IMG/VR virus record: IMGVR_UViG_3300028840_001395 | Span: 124,001-188,000 of that record | Length of the DNA stretch: 64,000 nucleotides | Strand: one strand, 5' to 3' | In this document: one piece after another, positions 17,738 through 26,778 of the stretch | Layout of the letters: each line of letters opens with the position of its first letter | How positions within the stretch are numbered: the stretch's first letter is position 1 | The notes under the pieces: generated by a model | Told to the model about the DNA's origin: nothing | Database searches by the model: none | What the model saw: the letters and a program-made list of their open reading frames with translations, nothing else | Position numbers and translations under genes: made by a program

Positions 17738-18763
17738 CTACTTGCCGTCCCGCACCTTGCAGATGGTGGCGACCAGGGCCACCTTGCCGCCCCGGATCTT
17801 GCTCGCGCCGACGATCTCCAGGTGGCAGGTCGCGTAGCGCCGGAGGTGGTGGAGATCCTGCTTGAGCAGGCCCGCCGAGTCCTTCCGGTTGAAGCGGTGG
17901 AACCGCTTGCGCTCCGTGGACGTGGGCGGCGTGACCTGGCCCCGCGTCTTCCCCTTGGCCTTGACCTTGGTGGTCTTGCCCGGCTTCTTGCCGTCCGCAG
18001 CCGCCTGGGTGACCGTGCGCTTCGCGGGGGCGGGCACGTCGCGGGCCGGGATGGTCGTGCTCCCCAGCTTGGCCCCGTGGAAGCCGATGACCTCGTACTC
18101 GCAGACGCGCATCTTGCGGGCGGACTCGTCGTAGGGCACGCTGACCACGTTCTCCGGATCCACCTTGCAGATGACCACGCGGGGGCCGAAGGTCTCGGCG
18201 TAGGACAGCGCCCCGACGTGGAACCCCTCGTGGCACGCCTCGCGCGGGTCGTCGCTGATCTTGTTGCGGGGCATCCGGTTGGTCGCGCCCGGCTTGTTGT
18301 TCCACTGGCCGGAGTGCAAGTCCTTGAGCCTGTGGGTGACGCCCTTGTACGCCAGGAAGCACCCATCCTCGGTGATGGGGTGCCCGCCGTGCTGCAAGAA
18401 GGCGAAGAGTTGCTCCACCGACCGCTTCGACGGGTTGCGGGCCAGGCGCTCGAAGAAGCGGCAGAGCGGCTTCGGATCCTCGCCCCGCTGGAGCATGGCC
18501 GTCAGGCGCTTGCCGAACGCGGCGGGGACGGACTCGCCCTGGTAGCGCACGGCGTCGTCCTGGAGGGTGAACTCGCCCTCCGACCAGGACGCGACGGCCC
18601 GCTTGACCGTCAGGAAGCCGGGCACCTCGTCCCAGGCCTTGCGCTCCAACGCCGACTTGAGGCCCTTGAAGTGCGGGCTCGACTCGGCCACCGTGAAGGG
18701 CTGGCCCTTGTACACGATGCTGATGGAATCGGTGGTCATCGTGAAGCTCGGGATGGTACTCAT
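17738..18763 (-). CDS. rIIB: rIIB-like protein
   Basis: PITEDGCFLAYKGV, GFHVG...Y...F, KVDPENVVSVPYD...KMRVCEYEV; start at MSTIPSF with a GGAGG RBS. Confidence 0.85.
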   Translation of the reverse strand: MSTIPSFTMTTDSISIVYKGQPFTVAESSPHFKGLKSALERKAWDEVPGFLTVKRAVASWSEGEFTLQDDAVRYQGESVPAAFGKRLTAMLQRGEDPKPLCRFFERLARNPSKRSVEQLFAFLQHGGHPITEDGCFLAYKGVTHRLKDLHSGQWNNKPGATNRMPRNKISDDPREACHEGFHVGALSYAETFGPRVVICKVDPENVVSVPYDESARKMRVCEYEVIGFHGAKLGSTTIPARDVPAPAKRTVTQAAADGKKPGKTTKVKAKGKTRGQVTPPTSTERKRFHRFNRKDSAGLLKQDLHHLRRYATCHLEIVGASKIRGGKVALVATICKVRDGK

Positions 18764-18789
18764 GGCTTGTTCCTCCTTCTCCTCTTCCC

Positions 18790-18821
18790 CTAGCCTACTC
18801 TGTCGAGAGCCGAAGTAAGCC
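18790..18821 (-). promoter_or_regulatory. Class I bipartite phage promoter motif (variant GAGTAGGCTAG)
   Basis: GGCTTAC-N14-GAGTAGGCTAG upstream of rIIB. Confidence 0.7.
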
Positions 18822-20943
18822 CCCCGGCATTCTTCTTGGCCTCGCGGGTATCGACCATCTTGATGTACTCGGCCCACTCGTTCGCCTCGACCCAGGTGGG
18901 CTTGTCCGCGTACCGGCTGTCCGGCTCCCACAGGGCCTCGACACTCGCGTGCCGGGTGAACAGCGGGTAGCGATCCCTGATGCGCTTGAGCGCCGGGCCT
19001 GCGGTCGGATGCTTCGGCCCGCCGAACCGCTGGCGCAGAGTACCCATGATATCGCGGATCTTGCGGGGGCACTTGTTCATCGTCTTGATGCCCCGCAGGT
19101 GCCGCTCGAACAGCTTGACGATGGGGTGATCCTCGCCCAGGAGCTTGACCAGGTGCTCCTTGACGGCCTCGGCCTTCGCCGCCTGGGTCTTGCCCTTCCA
19201 GGGGTTGTGGTAGCCGCTCGTCCAGCTCGTCCGGAGCAGGTTCGCCCACTCGTTGTAGGACATGTAGCGCCACAGGAGCGGGGTCATCTTGCCCTCGAAG
19301 AACTTGTCGCGCCACACGCGGTAGTTCATCCCGTCGCAGTCCTTGTCCGTGACCGGCTTCTTGCTGGTGGTCTTGTATCCGTAGACCTCGGGCATCTCCA
19401 GCCCCAGGGCGTCGGCCAGGTACTTGTCCTGCTCGTAGGCCCGGTAGAAGTCCCCGAAGTCCACGGCCTCGAAGCGGCTGATGATGACGAACACGTCATC
19501 GTCCGTGGGCTCCCGATCCACGATCTCCCAGTTCCGCGAGCGGGAGCCGTAGGTCGAGGTGCCCACCAGCCGGAAGCTGCGGACGCGGTGCTTCTTGTTC
19601 GGGGTGCGCCCGTTGTTGGCCTGGACGACCGAGTAGGGCAGCGTCGAGATGTCCACCACCTCGATGCCGACCATCCCGGCCTTCTTGAGCAGCTTGGCCA
19701 GGAAGTCTCGGACGGCCTGCATCGACTCGCCGGGGTTGGGATTGACCACGTAGTCGTACTGGCCCAGGCGGTAGCCCTTGATCTTCTTCTTGTCGTTGCG
19801 GATGACGATCCGGGTGTCGCTGTTGACCATGACCTGCCCGACCGCCGAGCTTCCCCGCAGGATGGTGAACGGAACCTTCGTGCCCTTCTTGATCTTGTCG
19901 TAGAGTCGGACGTTCTCGGCCACCCACTCCTTCGCGGAGTCGGGGAACGGCAGGCCCAGCTTGCCCATCCCGTGCAGGCGCAGGCGCTTGGCCCAGGAGA
20001 GCACCTTGTCGTCCTTGAGCATTTTCAGGGAGTGCTCGACGTACTCCTCGAACAGCTTCTCGAAGCGGGAGAGGAGGATCTCCTTCGTCCGCTTGGAGTA
20101 CTTCAGCTCCTCGCGGCTGGCGCTGATCTCGACCTCCCCGATGTCGAACTTGAGCACTCCGCTCATCCGGTTCAGCGGGAGCCACAGCCCCTCGGCCTCG
20201 TCGCTCCCGCGAAGCTGCTCGATGTTGATGCGGTAGGGGACGCAGCCCATGAGGGCCAGCCACTCGCCGTCATCCTCGTGGACGACACCGCTCGGGAGCA
20301 CCGCCGCCGCCTCCTTCTCGGGGGCCAGCGTGACGTTGATCTCCGGACGCGGGGTGTAGTAGCTGTAGAGGTTGCGGGCCTTGCGCTCGAACTCCCACAG
20401 GTCTTCCGGCCTCACCGCGACCTTGACCTCCACGCCGGTCTCGCTCTCGTCGCAGGGCTCCTCGTGGAGCCGCTGCATGACGCCCAGGTCGGAGTCGTCC
20501 AGCGCCGCCACGTACACCCGCTTCATGCCCCCGTGCCAGGAGGTGATGGTGAAGGTGTCGCTGTAGGCGAACGCCGACTTGGAGCCGATGCCGAGCATCC
20601 CGACCGCCAGGTCGGAGCCCCGCTTGGTGGACTTGCCGTACTGGGTGTAGACCGTGAACACCTCGGCGTCCGAGAGGCCCGGCCCGAAGTCCCGGATGGT
20701 CAGCGTCGGGTCGGCGTTGGTCGGGACGTGGATCTTGAGCGGGGTGTCGCCCCGCCCCGCCTCGCGGTTGGCATCCCAGGCGTTGGCCCCGTACTCGCGC
20801 AAGACCGCGAGCACCCGGTCGGTGTACAGGGTGTCGCGCAGGATGCCCATGATGTGGGCGGTGTCGTCGGCGGAGATGCCGAACGTCGCCTGCTCGCTGA
20901 CGCCGCTGCTCTGCACGTTGCGATCCTTGGAATTGGGAATCAT
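18790..20943 (-). CDS. rIIA: rIIA-like protein (N-terminal GHKL/Hsp90-type ATPase)
   Basis: LREYGANAWDA, IRDFGPGLS, STKRGSDLAVGMLGIGSKSAFAYSDTF; directly upstream of rIIB. Confidence 0.88.
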   Translation of the reverse strand: MIPNSKDRNVQSSGVSEQATFGISADDTAHIMGILRDTLYTDRVLAVLREYGANAWDANREAGRGDTPLKIHVPTNADPTLTIRDFGPGLSDAEVFTVYTQYGKSTKRGSDLAVGMLGIGSKSAFAYSDTFTITSWHGGMKRVYVAALDDSDLGVMQRLHEEPCDESETGVEVKVAVRPEDLWEFERKARNLYSYYTPRPEINVTLAPEKEAAAVLPSGVVHEDDGEWLALMGCVPYRINIEQLRGSDEAEGLWLPLNRMSGVLKFDIGEVEISASREELKYSKRTKEILLSRFEKLFEEYVEHSLKMLKDDKVLSWAKRLRLHGMGKLGLPFPDSAKEWVAENVRLYDKIKKGTKVPFTILRGSSAVGQVMVNSDTRIVIRNDKKKIKGYRLGQYDYVVNPNPGESMQAVRDFLAKLLKKAGMVGIEVVDISTLPYSVVQANNGRTPNKKHRVRSFRLVGTSTYGSRSRNWEIVDREPTDDDVFVIISRFEAVDFGDFYRAYEQDKYLADALGLEMPEVYGYKTTSKKPVTDKDCDGMNYRVWRDKFFEGKMTPLLWRYMSYNEWANLLRTSWTSGYHNPWKGKTQAAKAEAVKEHLVKLLGEDHPIVKLFERHLRGIKTMNKCPRKIRDIMGTLRQRFGGPKHPTAGPALKRIRDRYPLFTRHASVEALWEPDSRYADKPTWVEANEWAEYIKMVDTREAKKNAGGLTSALDRVG

Positions 20944-20962
20944 CGTCGTCTCCCTCTCGGTT

Positions 20963-21166
20963 CTACTTCGGTCCCGTAGACTCGGTGCCCCGGCGCTTCG
21001 ACTTGAACCCCGCGTTCCACAGGGCGTAGCGCCGTGAGCCGTAGGGGTAAGGGTTCATGCAACCCCGCGCCCTCTCGCTTCCCCCGTCCGAGATGCCCAG
21101 GTGAGTCATCTCGGCGGCAGCGGTCTGACCATTCTCGTAGGCCACGTTCCCGCCCGGCCAGTCCAT
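20963..21166 (-). CDS. Small hypothetical protein (67 aa)
   Basis: TGATG coupling to the upstream ORF. Confidence 0.4.
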   Translation of the reverse strand: MDWPGGNVAYENGQTAAAEMTHLGISDGGSERARGCMNPYPYGSRRYALWNAGFKSKRRGTESTGPK

Positions 21167-21303
21167 CACTTGCGCCCCCGGCGCTTGCCCGCGTGGAGCT
21201 TGACGCCGACCGGCCTCACCACCTCGGGCGGGCGGCTCGGGATAGCCCCCGCCGTGAGGGCCACCAGGAACAGGGCCAGGGAGCACAGTGTCATCGTCTT
21301 CAT
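21166..21303 (-). CDS. Small signal-peptide-like protein (45 aa)
   Basis: MKTMTLCSLALFLVALTAGA hydrophobic N-terminus; GGAGG RBS directly after a class I promoter. Confidence 0.5.
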   Translation of the reverse strand: MKTMTLCSLALFLVALTAGAIPSRPPEVVRPVGVKLHAGKRRGRK

Positions 21304-21317
21304 CGCTTCCTCCTGGC

Positions 21318-21349
21318 CCAGACTACTCTCGTCCCTGTCTAAATAAGAC
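21318..21349 (-). promoter_or_regulatory. Class I bipartite phage promoter motif
   Basis: GTCTTAT-N14-GAGTAGTCTGG. Confidence 0.75.
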
Positions 21350-22294
21350 CTACGCCGCGTCGTGTTCGGCGGGGTCAACCTCGGTCTCGACCTCGGCGTC
21401 CGGCACCACCTTGACCTTGGTGAAGTTCGCCGCGTCGCGGGCGAGGCGGGCGGCGGTGAACACCGCGTACTTGTCGCCCTTGAGGATCTTCAGCCAGTGG
21501 CCGATGTACTCCTCGTGCTGGAGCTTGCCCTCGATGGCGTAGTCGGCGCAGAGGAAGGCCGCACCCAACTCCGCGACCAGCTCCTCGGCGGCGTAGCTCG
21601 CGTCCCCGAACCGGCCCTTGAGGTCACGGTCGCAGCGCCCCTCGGCCCCCGTCCAGTGGATGACCTCGTGGAAGGCCGTCGCCAGGTAATCCTCGGGGGT
21701 CTTGAAGGCCTCGACCGGCGGCAGACCGATGCGGTCGCGCTTGGGGTCGTAGAAGGCCTTGGCCCCGCCGTGCTTGATGTCGGCCCCGCAGGTGGCGAGG
21801 AACTCGACCGCCTCGGCGTGGAGGGCCTCCAGGTCCACCGGCTCCGCGTCGGTGAGCTTGGGCTCCTTGTCCGCATCCTCCCACTTGACCTGCTCGTGGT
21901 TGAACACCGTCCAGACCGAGAGGCGCGGCACCTTGCGGTGCTTGCGAGCCTCGAAGTCCTCGTCGGTCTCGTCCTTGCGCTGCTTCGGCACCACGAACCG
22001 CCAGTGGACGATCTTGATGCCGTGCTGGCCCCGCAGGTTCCCGCCCAGCGCCTTGGCCTGGTTGAACGTGTACCAGCGGGGGTCCTGGTATCCAGCGGCC
22101 CAGGCGGCGGCGAACGTCAGCCAGGTGTTGATCCCGTTGTAGACGTGCCCGTTCGCCCCGTTCCGGCTCAGGCCCAGGGTGCGATCCCAGGGGCAGGTCC
22201 ACGGCGCGACTCCCTCTTCGAGAGACGCGATGATGGCGTTGGTGATCTCCGCGTAGTGATCCTTCGGCTTCCAGTTCTTCTTGCCCCGTGCCAT
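21350..22294 (-). CDS. ardC: ArdC-like antirestriction protein (ssDNA-binding domain + zincin metallopeptidase-like domain)
   Basis: LEEGVAPW..PW, YNGIN, WYTFNQAKALGG, FHEVIHWTG...R, YAAEELVAELGAAFLC. Confidence 0.88.
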   Translation of the reverse strand: MARGKKNWKPKDHYAEITNAIIASLEEGVAPWTCPWDRTLGLSRNGANGHVYNGINTWLTFAAAWAAGYQDPRWYTFNQAKALGGNLRGQHGIKIVHWRFVVPKQRKDETDEDFEARKHRKVPRLSVWTVFNHEQVKWEDADKEPKLTDAEPVDLEALHAEAVEFLATCGADIKHGGAKAFYDPKRDRIGLPPVEAFKTPEDYLATAFHEVIHWTGAEGRCDRDLKGRFGDASYAAEELVAELGAAFLCADYAIEGKLQHEEYIGHWLKILKGDKYAVFTAARLARDAANFTKVKVVPDAEVETEVDPAEHDAA

Positions 22295-22320
22295 CGTATC
22301 TCTCCTTTCCCTTGCCTCAC

Positions 22321-22438
22321 CTAGACTACTCTGGCCCAGGGCGAAATAAGACCCCATCTGAAATAAAAAGTACGCGCCCGCGTAGGCGCTTTTTTCGCGC
22401 GAAAGGGTCTTATCTCGGGCCGGGACAGAGTAGTCTAG
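22321..22438. promoter_or_regulatory. Back-to-back divergent class I promoters forming a ~38-bp inverted repeat
   Basis: Minus copy 22321-22352 and plus copy 22407-22438, both GTCTTAT-N14-GAGTAGTCTAG; marks the minus-to-plus gene-orientation switch. Confidence 0.8.
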
Positions 22439-22632
22439 GTGGAACGAGAGGTGCCTCCCGCATCGACCCCCGGCGGGAAGGGAAGGCGCTCCTCCGACGT
22501 AGCTGGGATAGCCTGTATCGCGTCCCGCGTTAGGCTGTCCTGGCAGAAGGCCTGCGGAGGGGAAGGGGGCTAGCATTACACGGGGGCTCACCAAGTCCCC
22601 GATAGCGTAGAAGGGTCAGAACGGAGGAAGCT

Positions 22633-23163
22633 GTGGACGTTCGGAAACTCGCCGTCGAGGCCCATGCTGGTCAGCTCTACGGAGACCGGCCCTACGCTGT
22701 CCACCTGGACGACGTGGCCGCTGTCCTGCGGGAGTTCGGCTACGTTGACGCAGCGCACCAGGACGGGGCGTTCTGCCACGACATCGTGGAGGACACCGAC
22801 CTGACCGCCAAGTCGCTGCTCGACGCGGGCGTATCGGACGAGGCTGTGGCCATCGCGCTGTTCTGCACCGACGAGTCCGGCCCGAACAGGAAGACGCGGA
22901 AGGCTCTCACCATGAAGCGGGTACACGCGCTCCTGAGCCTGCACCTCAAGGACAAGGACGCCTACCCCTACGTGCCCGCTGGCATCCGGGTCAAGGTGGC
23001 CGACAGGATTGCCAACGTCCGGGCCTGCCTGCGGGACGGGGCCGAAGGCCGGGGCCTGCTCAAGATGTACCGGCGCGAAGCGGTGGCCTTCAAGGAGGCC
23101 CTCTACCACCCCGGCATGGCCGACGCCATGTGGGAGGAACTGGACAAGCTGATGGAGGGCTAG
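22633..23163 (+). CDS. HD-domain hydrolase, Mesh1/SpoT-HD-like
   Basis: AHAGQ...PYAVH...VA, CHDIVEDT, VKVADRIAN. Confidence 0.85.
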   Translation: MDVRKLAVEAHAGQLYGDRPYAVHLDDVAAVLREFGYVDAAHQDGAFCHDIVEDTDLTAKSLLDAGVSDEAVAIALFCTDESGPNRKTRKALTMKRVHALLSLHLKDKDAYPYVPAGIRVKVADRIANVRACLRDGAEGRGLLKMYRREAVAFKEALYHPGMADAMWEELDKLMEG

Positions 23164-23642
23164 TGTCCCGAGAGAAGAAGAACACAGGGAACCGGCCCGG
23201 CAAGAAGAAGCCGGGCCGGTCTTCCCCCATTGGCCCAAGTCCAGAACCTCGGACTGCCCTGGACGAAGAACCTGGCTCCAAGGCCCGCCTCCGACTACAG
23301 AGGGCTGCGTGCGAAGAGATTGCCGAGCAGATCGAGGAGGCCGGGTTCCAGGCCGAGTGCCGGTCGGGCACCGTCTACGTCTGGTCTGACAGTGACCACA
23401 TCGCCACATTGTCCTGGCGCAAGAAGCAGGGCTGGTGCCTCATGGTCAGGCAACCGGCAACCTACACCCGCCATGACCTCGGACACGCAATCGAAGAGAT
23501 GCGTCGTTGTCAGGCGGGTATCTTGGCTGTGAACAAGGCCTGGGAGAGATACAAGAAATCCAAGACGAACAAGAACTGGGCCGAGTATCAGGGTGCGCTG
23601 GCGGCGCACTTCTTCCGGCTCTACACGGGAGGGAACGAATGA
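23163..23642 (+). CDS. Hypothetical protein
   Basis: GTG overlapping the HD stop; co-oriented. Confidence 0.5.
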   Translation: MSREKKNTGNRPGKKKPGRSSPIGPSPEPRTALDEEPGSKARLRLQRAACEEIAEQIEEAGFQAECRSGTVYVWSDSDHIATLSWRKKQGWCLMVRQPATYTRHDLGHAIEEMRRCQAGILAVNKAWERYKKSKTNKNWAEYQGALAAHFFRLYTGGNE

Positions 23643-23875
23643 GCCTGCTCGAAGGCAAGTCCAAGGCCGAACTCGACTTCATCAAGGAGTCCGCTCGCAC
23701 CTACCTGGTGAGCTGGGCCGACAAGCAGATCCGGCGAGGCCAGATGCCACAGGAATTCGCCAATGCCGATGTCTTTCTGGAGTTCGCCCAGAGCAAGGGC
23801 TGGGTCTCCAAGACGGAGCCGTTCAAGGTGCTGGCCAAGGGCTTCCAGACGGCGGCAGCGTTCCTCCGGAGGTAG
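23639..23875 (+). CDS. Hypothetical protein (78 aa)
   Basis: ATGA overlap, GGAGG RBS. Confidence 0.6.
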   Translation: MSLLEGKSKAELDFIKESARTYLVSWADKQIRRGQMPQEFANADVFLEFAQSKGWVSKTEPFKVLAKGFQTAAAFLRR

Positions 23876-23878
23876 GTC

Positions 23879-24232
23879 ATGGCCGATGAAGAAGCTCCTT
23901 GCTGTCGGAAGTGGCGCAAGGCTCGCGCTCAGGCACAAGCCTGGGCCGCAACTACGAATGTCCTGGTCGGGGGCATCCCCCGCTACATCCACCAGATGTT
24001 CGACATCGCCTGCCGACACGACCCGAACTTCGCAGCGGTGATGCGTCTCGGCACACGGGACAGGTGCCCGTGCCAGGAATCCCCCTACCCCGAAGCCATG
24101 CGGGAGTTGTTCCGCAGGATGGTGTCCAGCGGGATGAAGTACAACCCGGACGGCCCACGCGCCCTCGACTTCGACAAGATGTGCGACCTGGCCAACGACA
24201 TCGCACGCGAGAGAGGTCTCATAGATGAGTGA
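23879..24232 (+). CDS. Hypothetical protein
   Basis: GGAGGT RBS, co-oriented. Confidence 0.6.
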   Translation: MADEEAPCCRKWRKARAQAQAWAATTNVLVGGIPRYIHQMFDIACRHDPNFAAVMRLGTRDRCPCQESPYPEAMRELFRRMVSSGMKYNPDGPRALDFDKMCDLANDIARERGLIDE

Positions 24233-24659
24233 GAAGAAGATCGTCATCCCGACCCCCGAGCAGGTCGAATCCATCACCAACCCCTCACCCCCTTCGGGGG
24301 GCTGGATGATGTGCGAGTACTCGGGCATGGAGATACTCAAGGTGCCCTCCGACATCCAGGACAAGAGCTACGACGACCTCACCGACCAGGACTCCGAGTG
24401 CCTCCGGCAGATGATCAAGAAGCCCCAAGACCACTGGGTCACCACACGCGAGGGCCTGCGGGTCGGGGACAAGATTCTGTGCTTCATGGCCCTGGAGCAC
24501 TGGTACTGGGCGACGGTCTCCGAGCTTGACGAGGATGGTGGTCTGGCCATGTCTCCCGATGCCGGGCTGGCCTTTGAGCTTGAGTTCTCCGACGATGACC
24601 GCCACTGCTGGGTGACTCCGGGTGCGATGAACCTGGAAGCCCTGGAGAAGTGCCGATGA
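24225..24659 (+). CDS. Hypothetical protein, paralogue of 24650..25297
   Basis: Shared C-terminal L.VGDKI...W...V.EL...SP...DDRHCW...NL. Confidence 0.65.
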   Translation: MSEKKIVIPTPEQVESITNPSPPSGGWMMCEYSGMEILKVPSDIQDKSYDDLTDQDSECLRQMIKKPQDHWVTTREGLRVGDKILCFMALEHWYWATVSELDEDGGLAMSPDAGLAFELEFSDDDRHCWVTPGAMNLEALEKCR

Positions 24660-25297
24660 CCGACGAGAAGAAGCCCACCCCTCCGGGTGACGATGAGGAA
24701 GACGACGATCTCGACCTCCTGAACCTGGGTGAGTTGCAACCCGGCGAAGCCTACGTGGCCGATGAGCCCAAGTTCGTCGGAAAGATCCCGCCTCGCAAGG
24801 ATCTGCCCATCAAGCCCAAGAGACACTTCCACCACTGCAAGGCTCCCGATCATCCAGGGATCGACTTCCCCGACGATCCAGAGCCTCGCATCCTCGGTCC
24901 GGACGAGCCGAAGCCCGAGCTGTTCGGCTTCGAGGCCGTGGAGGTTCAGGGGACACCCATCGTCCGGGTGCCCGAGGATCTCCAGAATCGTGACCCCGAC
25001 AGCTTCAGCGAATCCGAGCGGGCACGCCTGAAGGCGCTGGTCGATGACCCCTACGAGCATTGCCTCAAGTCCTTCGATGACCTGAAAGTCGGGGACAAGA
25101 TCATGTCCCTCGGGTTCGCCGGGTGGAACTGGTCCGTCGTGGATGAGCTTCGCCCCGAGCGGAAGAACGGCTCCGCGCTCAGCCCTGGCGGCAAGACCCT
25201 CTACATGCTGATGTTCGACCAGGACGACCGCCACTGCTGGGCCTGCATCGGGTCCGGCAACCTGATCGGTCTCAAGCGCCTGCGGATACAGCGATGA
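24650..25297 (+). CDS. Hypothetical protein, paralogue of 24225..24659, with acidic/Pro-rich N-terminus
   Basis: LKVGDKIM...DDRHCWACIGSGNL. Confidence 0.65.
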   Translation: MPMTDEKKPTPPGDDEEDDDLDLLNLGELQPGEAYVADEPKFVGKIPPRKDLPIKPKRHFHHCKAPDHPGIDFPDDPEPRILGPDEPKPELFGFEAVEVQGTPIVRVPEDLQNRDPDSFSESERARLKALVDDPYEHCLKSFDDLKVGDKIMSLGFAGWNWSVVDELRPERKNGSALSPGGKTLYMLMFDQDDRHCWACIGSGNLIGLKRLRIQR

Positions 25298-25578
25298 GCA
25301 AGATCACCTGGGAACCTGTCCACCCCATCCACCACAACAAGCGAGCCGGAGGCAAGCTCCCCAAGAGCTACACCGAGGTCGCCCATATCGGGGATGTGAT
25401 TCTGTTCAAGAGCAAGACCCGCATCCGAGCTGGACTACCGCTCACGGGCTGCGACATGACGGCCACGCCGAAGAAGGGTCAGACCCTCAACGAGGTCGCC
25501 AGAATCGTGGCCCGGCGGGTCCAGGCCGAGGTGGACATCCTGGCTCAACGGTTCCAGAGGGGCTTACTGCGGCCCTGA
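25294..25578 (+). CDS. Hypothetical basic protein
   Basis: ATGA overlap. Confidence 0.55.
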   Translation: MSKITWEPVHPIHHNKRAGGKLPKSYTEVAHIGDVILFKSKTRIRAGLPLTGCDMTATPKKGQTLNEVARIVARRVQAEVDILAQRFQRGLLRP

Positions 25579-25592
25579 ATGGAGTAGTCTGG
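25561..25592 (+). promoter_or_regulatory. Class I bipartite phage promoter motif
   Basis: GGCTTAC-N14-GAGTAGTCTGG. Confidence 0.75.
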
Positions 25593-25625
25593 AGTGAAGG
25601 GAGGGCCACAGATGCCTGCTAGAGT

Positions 25626-26174
25626 CTATTCCCGAATGAAACTCTTGACCCGATTCTTGAAGTCTTCAGGGATGGATTCTAGGGCGCAGACTTCTTCCAG
25701 AAGCCCTATGGCTTTCGACACCCGGTCCTCCAATCTGGCGACGGCATGACGACGTTTACGAACCATGTCACGGGAATTTTGGGCTTTGGTGCCCTTCCAG
25801 AGGTGATCTGGATTGCAACAACGAGGGTTGTCGCAAGTATGACAGACCGCGAATCCTGTGGGGTACTCCTGGTTTTGGATAGCCCAAGCAGCCCGATGGG
25901 CACCGATGGGTTTACCGTTGATCATGAACTGCCCATACCCGTGCTTGTTGGTGCTGGCAGTCCATTCCCAACACTCTTGCGGAGAACCTTTTGCCACCTT
26001 ACTCCAAAATCTCTTCTTCAGAGCAGGGTCACTAAGTTGTTGGGGTTCATTCCGATAGGGAGTCCTCCCGTTGTAGCAGCTTTTACAAAGTCCCTTGCAA
26101 TACAGCTTGATGATGCCCCCGAATCTTCCTCGGGAACCCCACTCACGCCCACACTTTTTGCAGCTCCCACCCAT
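25626..26174 (-). mobile_element. Free-standing HNH homing endonuclease gene
   Basis: RFWSKV...CWEWT...GYGQF...AHRAAW...VCHTCDNPRCCNPDHLW.GT..QN..DM; AT-richer than flanks; opposite orientation. Confidence 0.88.
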
Positions 26175-26180
26175 ACCAAT

Positions 26181-26209
26181 AGGATAGCCCCTTTTATTGG
26201 TGTTGTCAA
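26181..26209 (-). promoter_or_regulatory. sigma70-type promoter for the HNH gene (probably leaderless mRNA)
   Basis: TTGACA-N17-TATCCT, with the -10 element ending 7 nt before the HNH ATG. Confidence 0.6.
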
Positions 26210-26221
26210 GGATAGTGCCTG

Positions 26222-26776
26222 ATGGAAACCTACATCAGTATCGATGTCGAAGCGGACGGACCCATTCCCGGAGAATTCTCAATGCTTTCCTTGGGGGCGG
26301 CAGCATTCTCTCTCGGAAATCGAACTCCCCTTTCTACATTTGGGGCCAATCTGAAGACCCTTCCTGATGCCTCGACCCACCCGTCAACGATGGCTTGGTG
26401 GGACAAAAATCAGGAGGCCTGGAAGGAAGCCACCACAGACCCTCGTGACCCTGAAGAAGTGATGAAGGACTTCCAGAGGTGGATGAGAGGGTTGCCTGGT
26501 AAACCCGTTCTTGTGGGCTATCCCATCACTTTCGATTTTTCCTTTGTTTACTGGTACTACGTCCGCTTCGTCGGCTTCCCGGCCCCGTTCAGCTTCTCGG
26601 CCCTCGACCTCAAGACGATGGCGATGGTCAAGATGGGCACCGGCTTCCACACGGCTGCCAAGCGCCGGATGCCGAAGAAGTGGTTCGAGGGCGCTCCGGC
26701 CCACACACACAGGGCGCTCGATGACGCCATCGGCCAGGGAGTCCTGTTCGTGAACATGATGCTCGACAAGGAGTAG
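26222..26776 (+). CDS. DEDDh 3'-5' exonuclease
   Basis: ISIDVEADGP (ExoI), FDFSF (ExoII), HRALDDA (ExoIII). Confidence 0.88.
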   Translation: METYISIDVEADGPIPGEFSMLSLGAAAFSLGNRTPLSTFGANLKTLPDASTHPSTMAWWDKNQEAWKEATTDPRDPEEVMKDFQRWMRGLPGKPVLVGYPITFDFSFVYWYYVRFVGFPAPFSFSALDLKTMAMVKMGTGFHTAAKRRMPKKWFEGAPAHTHRALDDAIGQGVLFVNMMLDKE

Positions 26777-26778
26777 TC

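Noticed and set aside
17214-18362. 382-aa minus-strand ORF as a whole
   Set aside because: The 5' part is an off-frame overlap of rIIB; only 17214..17726 looks like a real gene.
20957-20985. GTAGAACC upstream of rIIA as a class II promoter
   Set aside because: The upstream CTAC box is 9 nt away rather than 12, so the spacing does not fit.
20985-21070. tRNA-like GGTTCAAGTC on the minus strand
   Set aside because: No T-stem pairing or cloverleaf, and it lies inside a small ORF.
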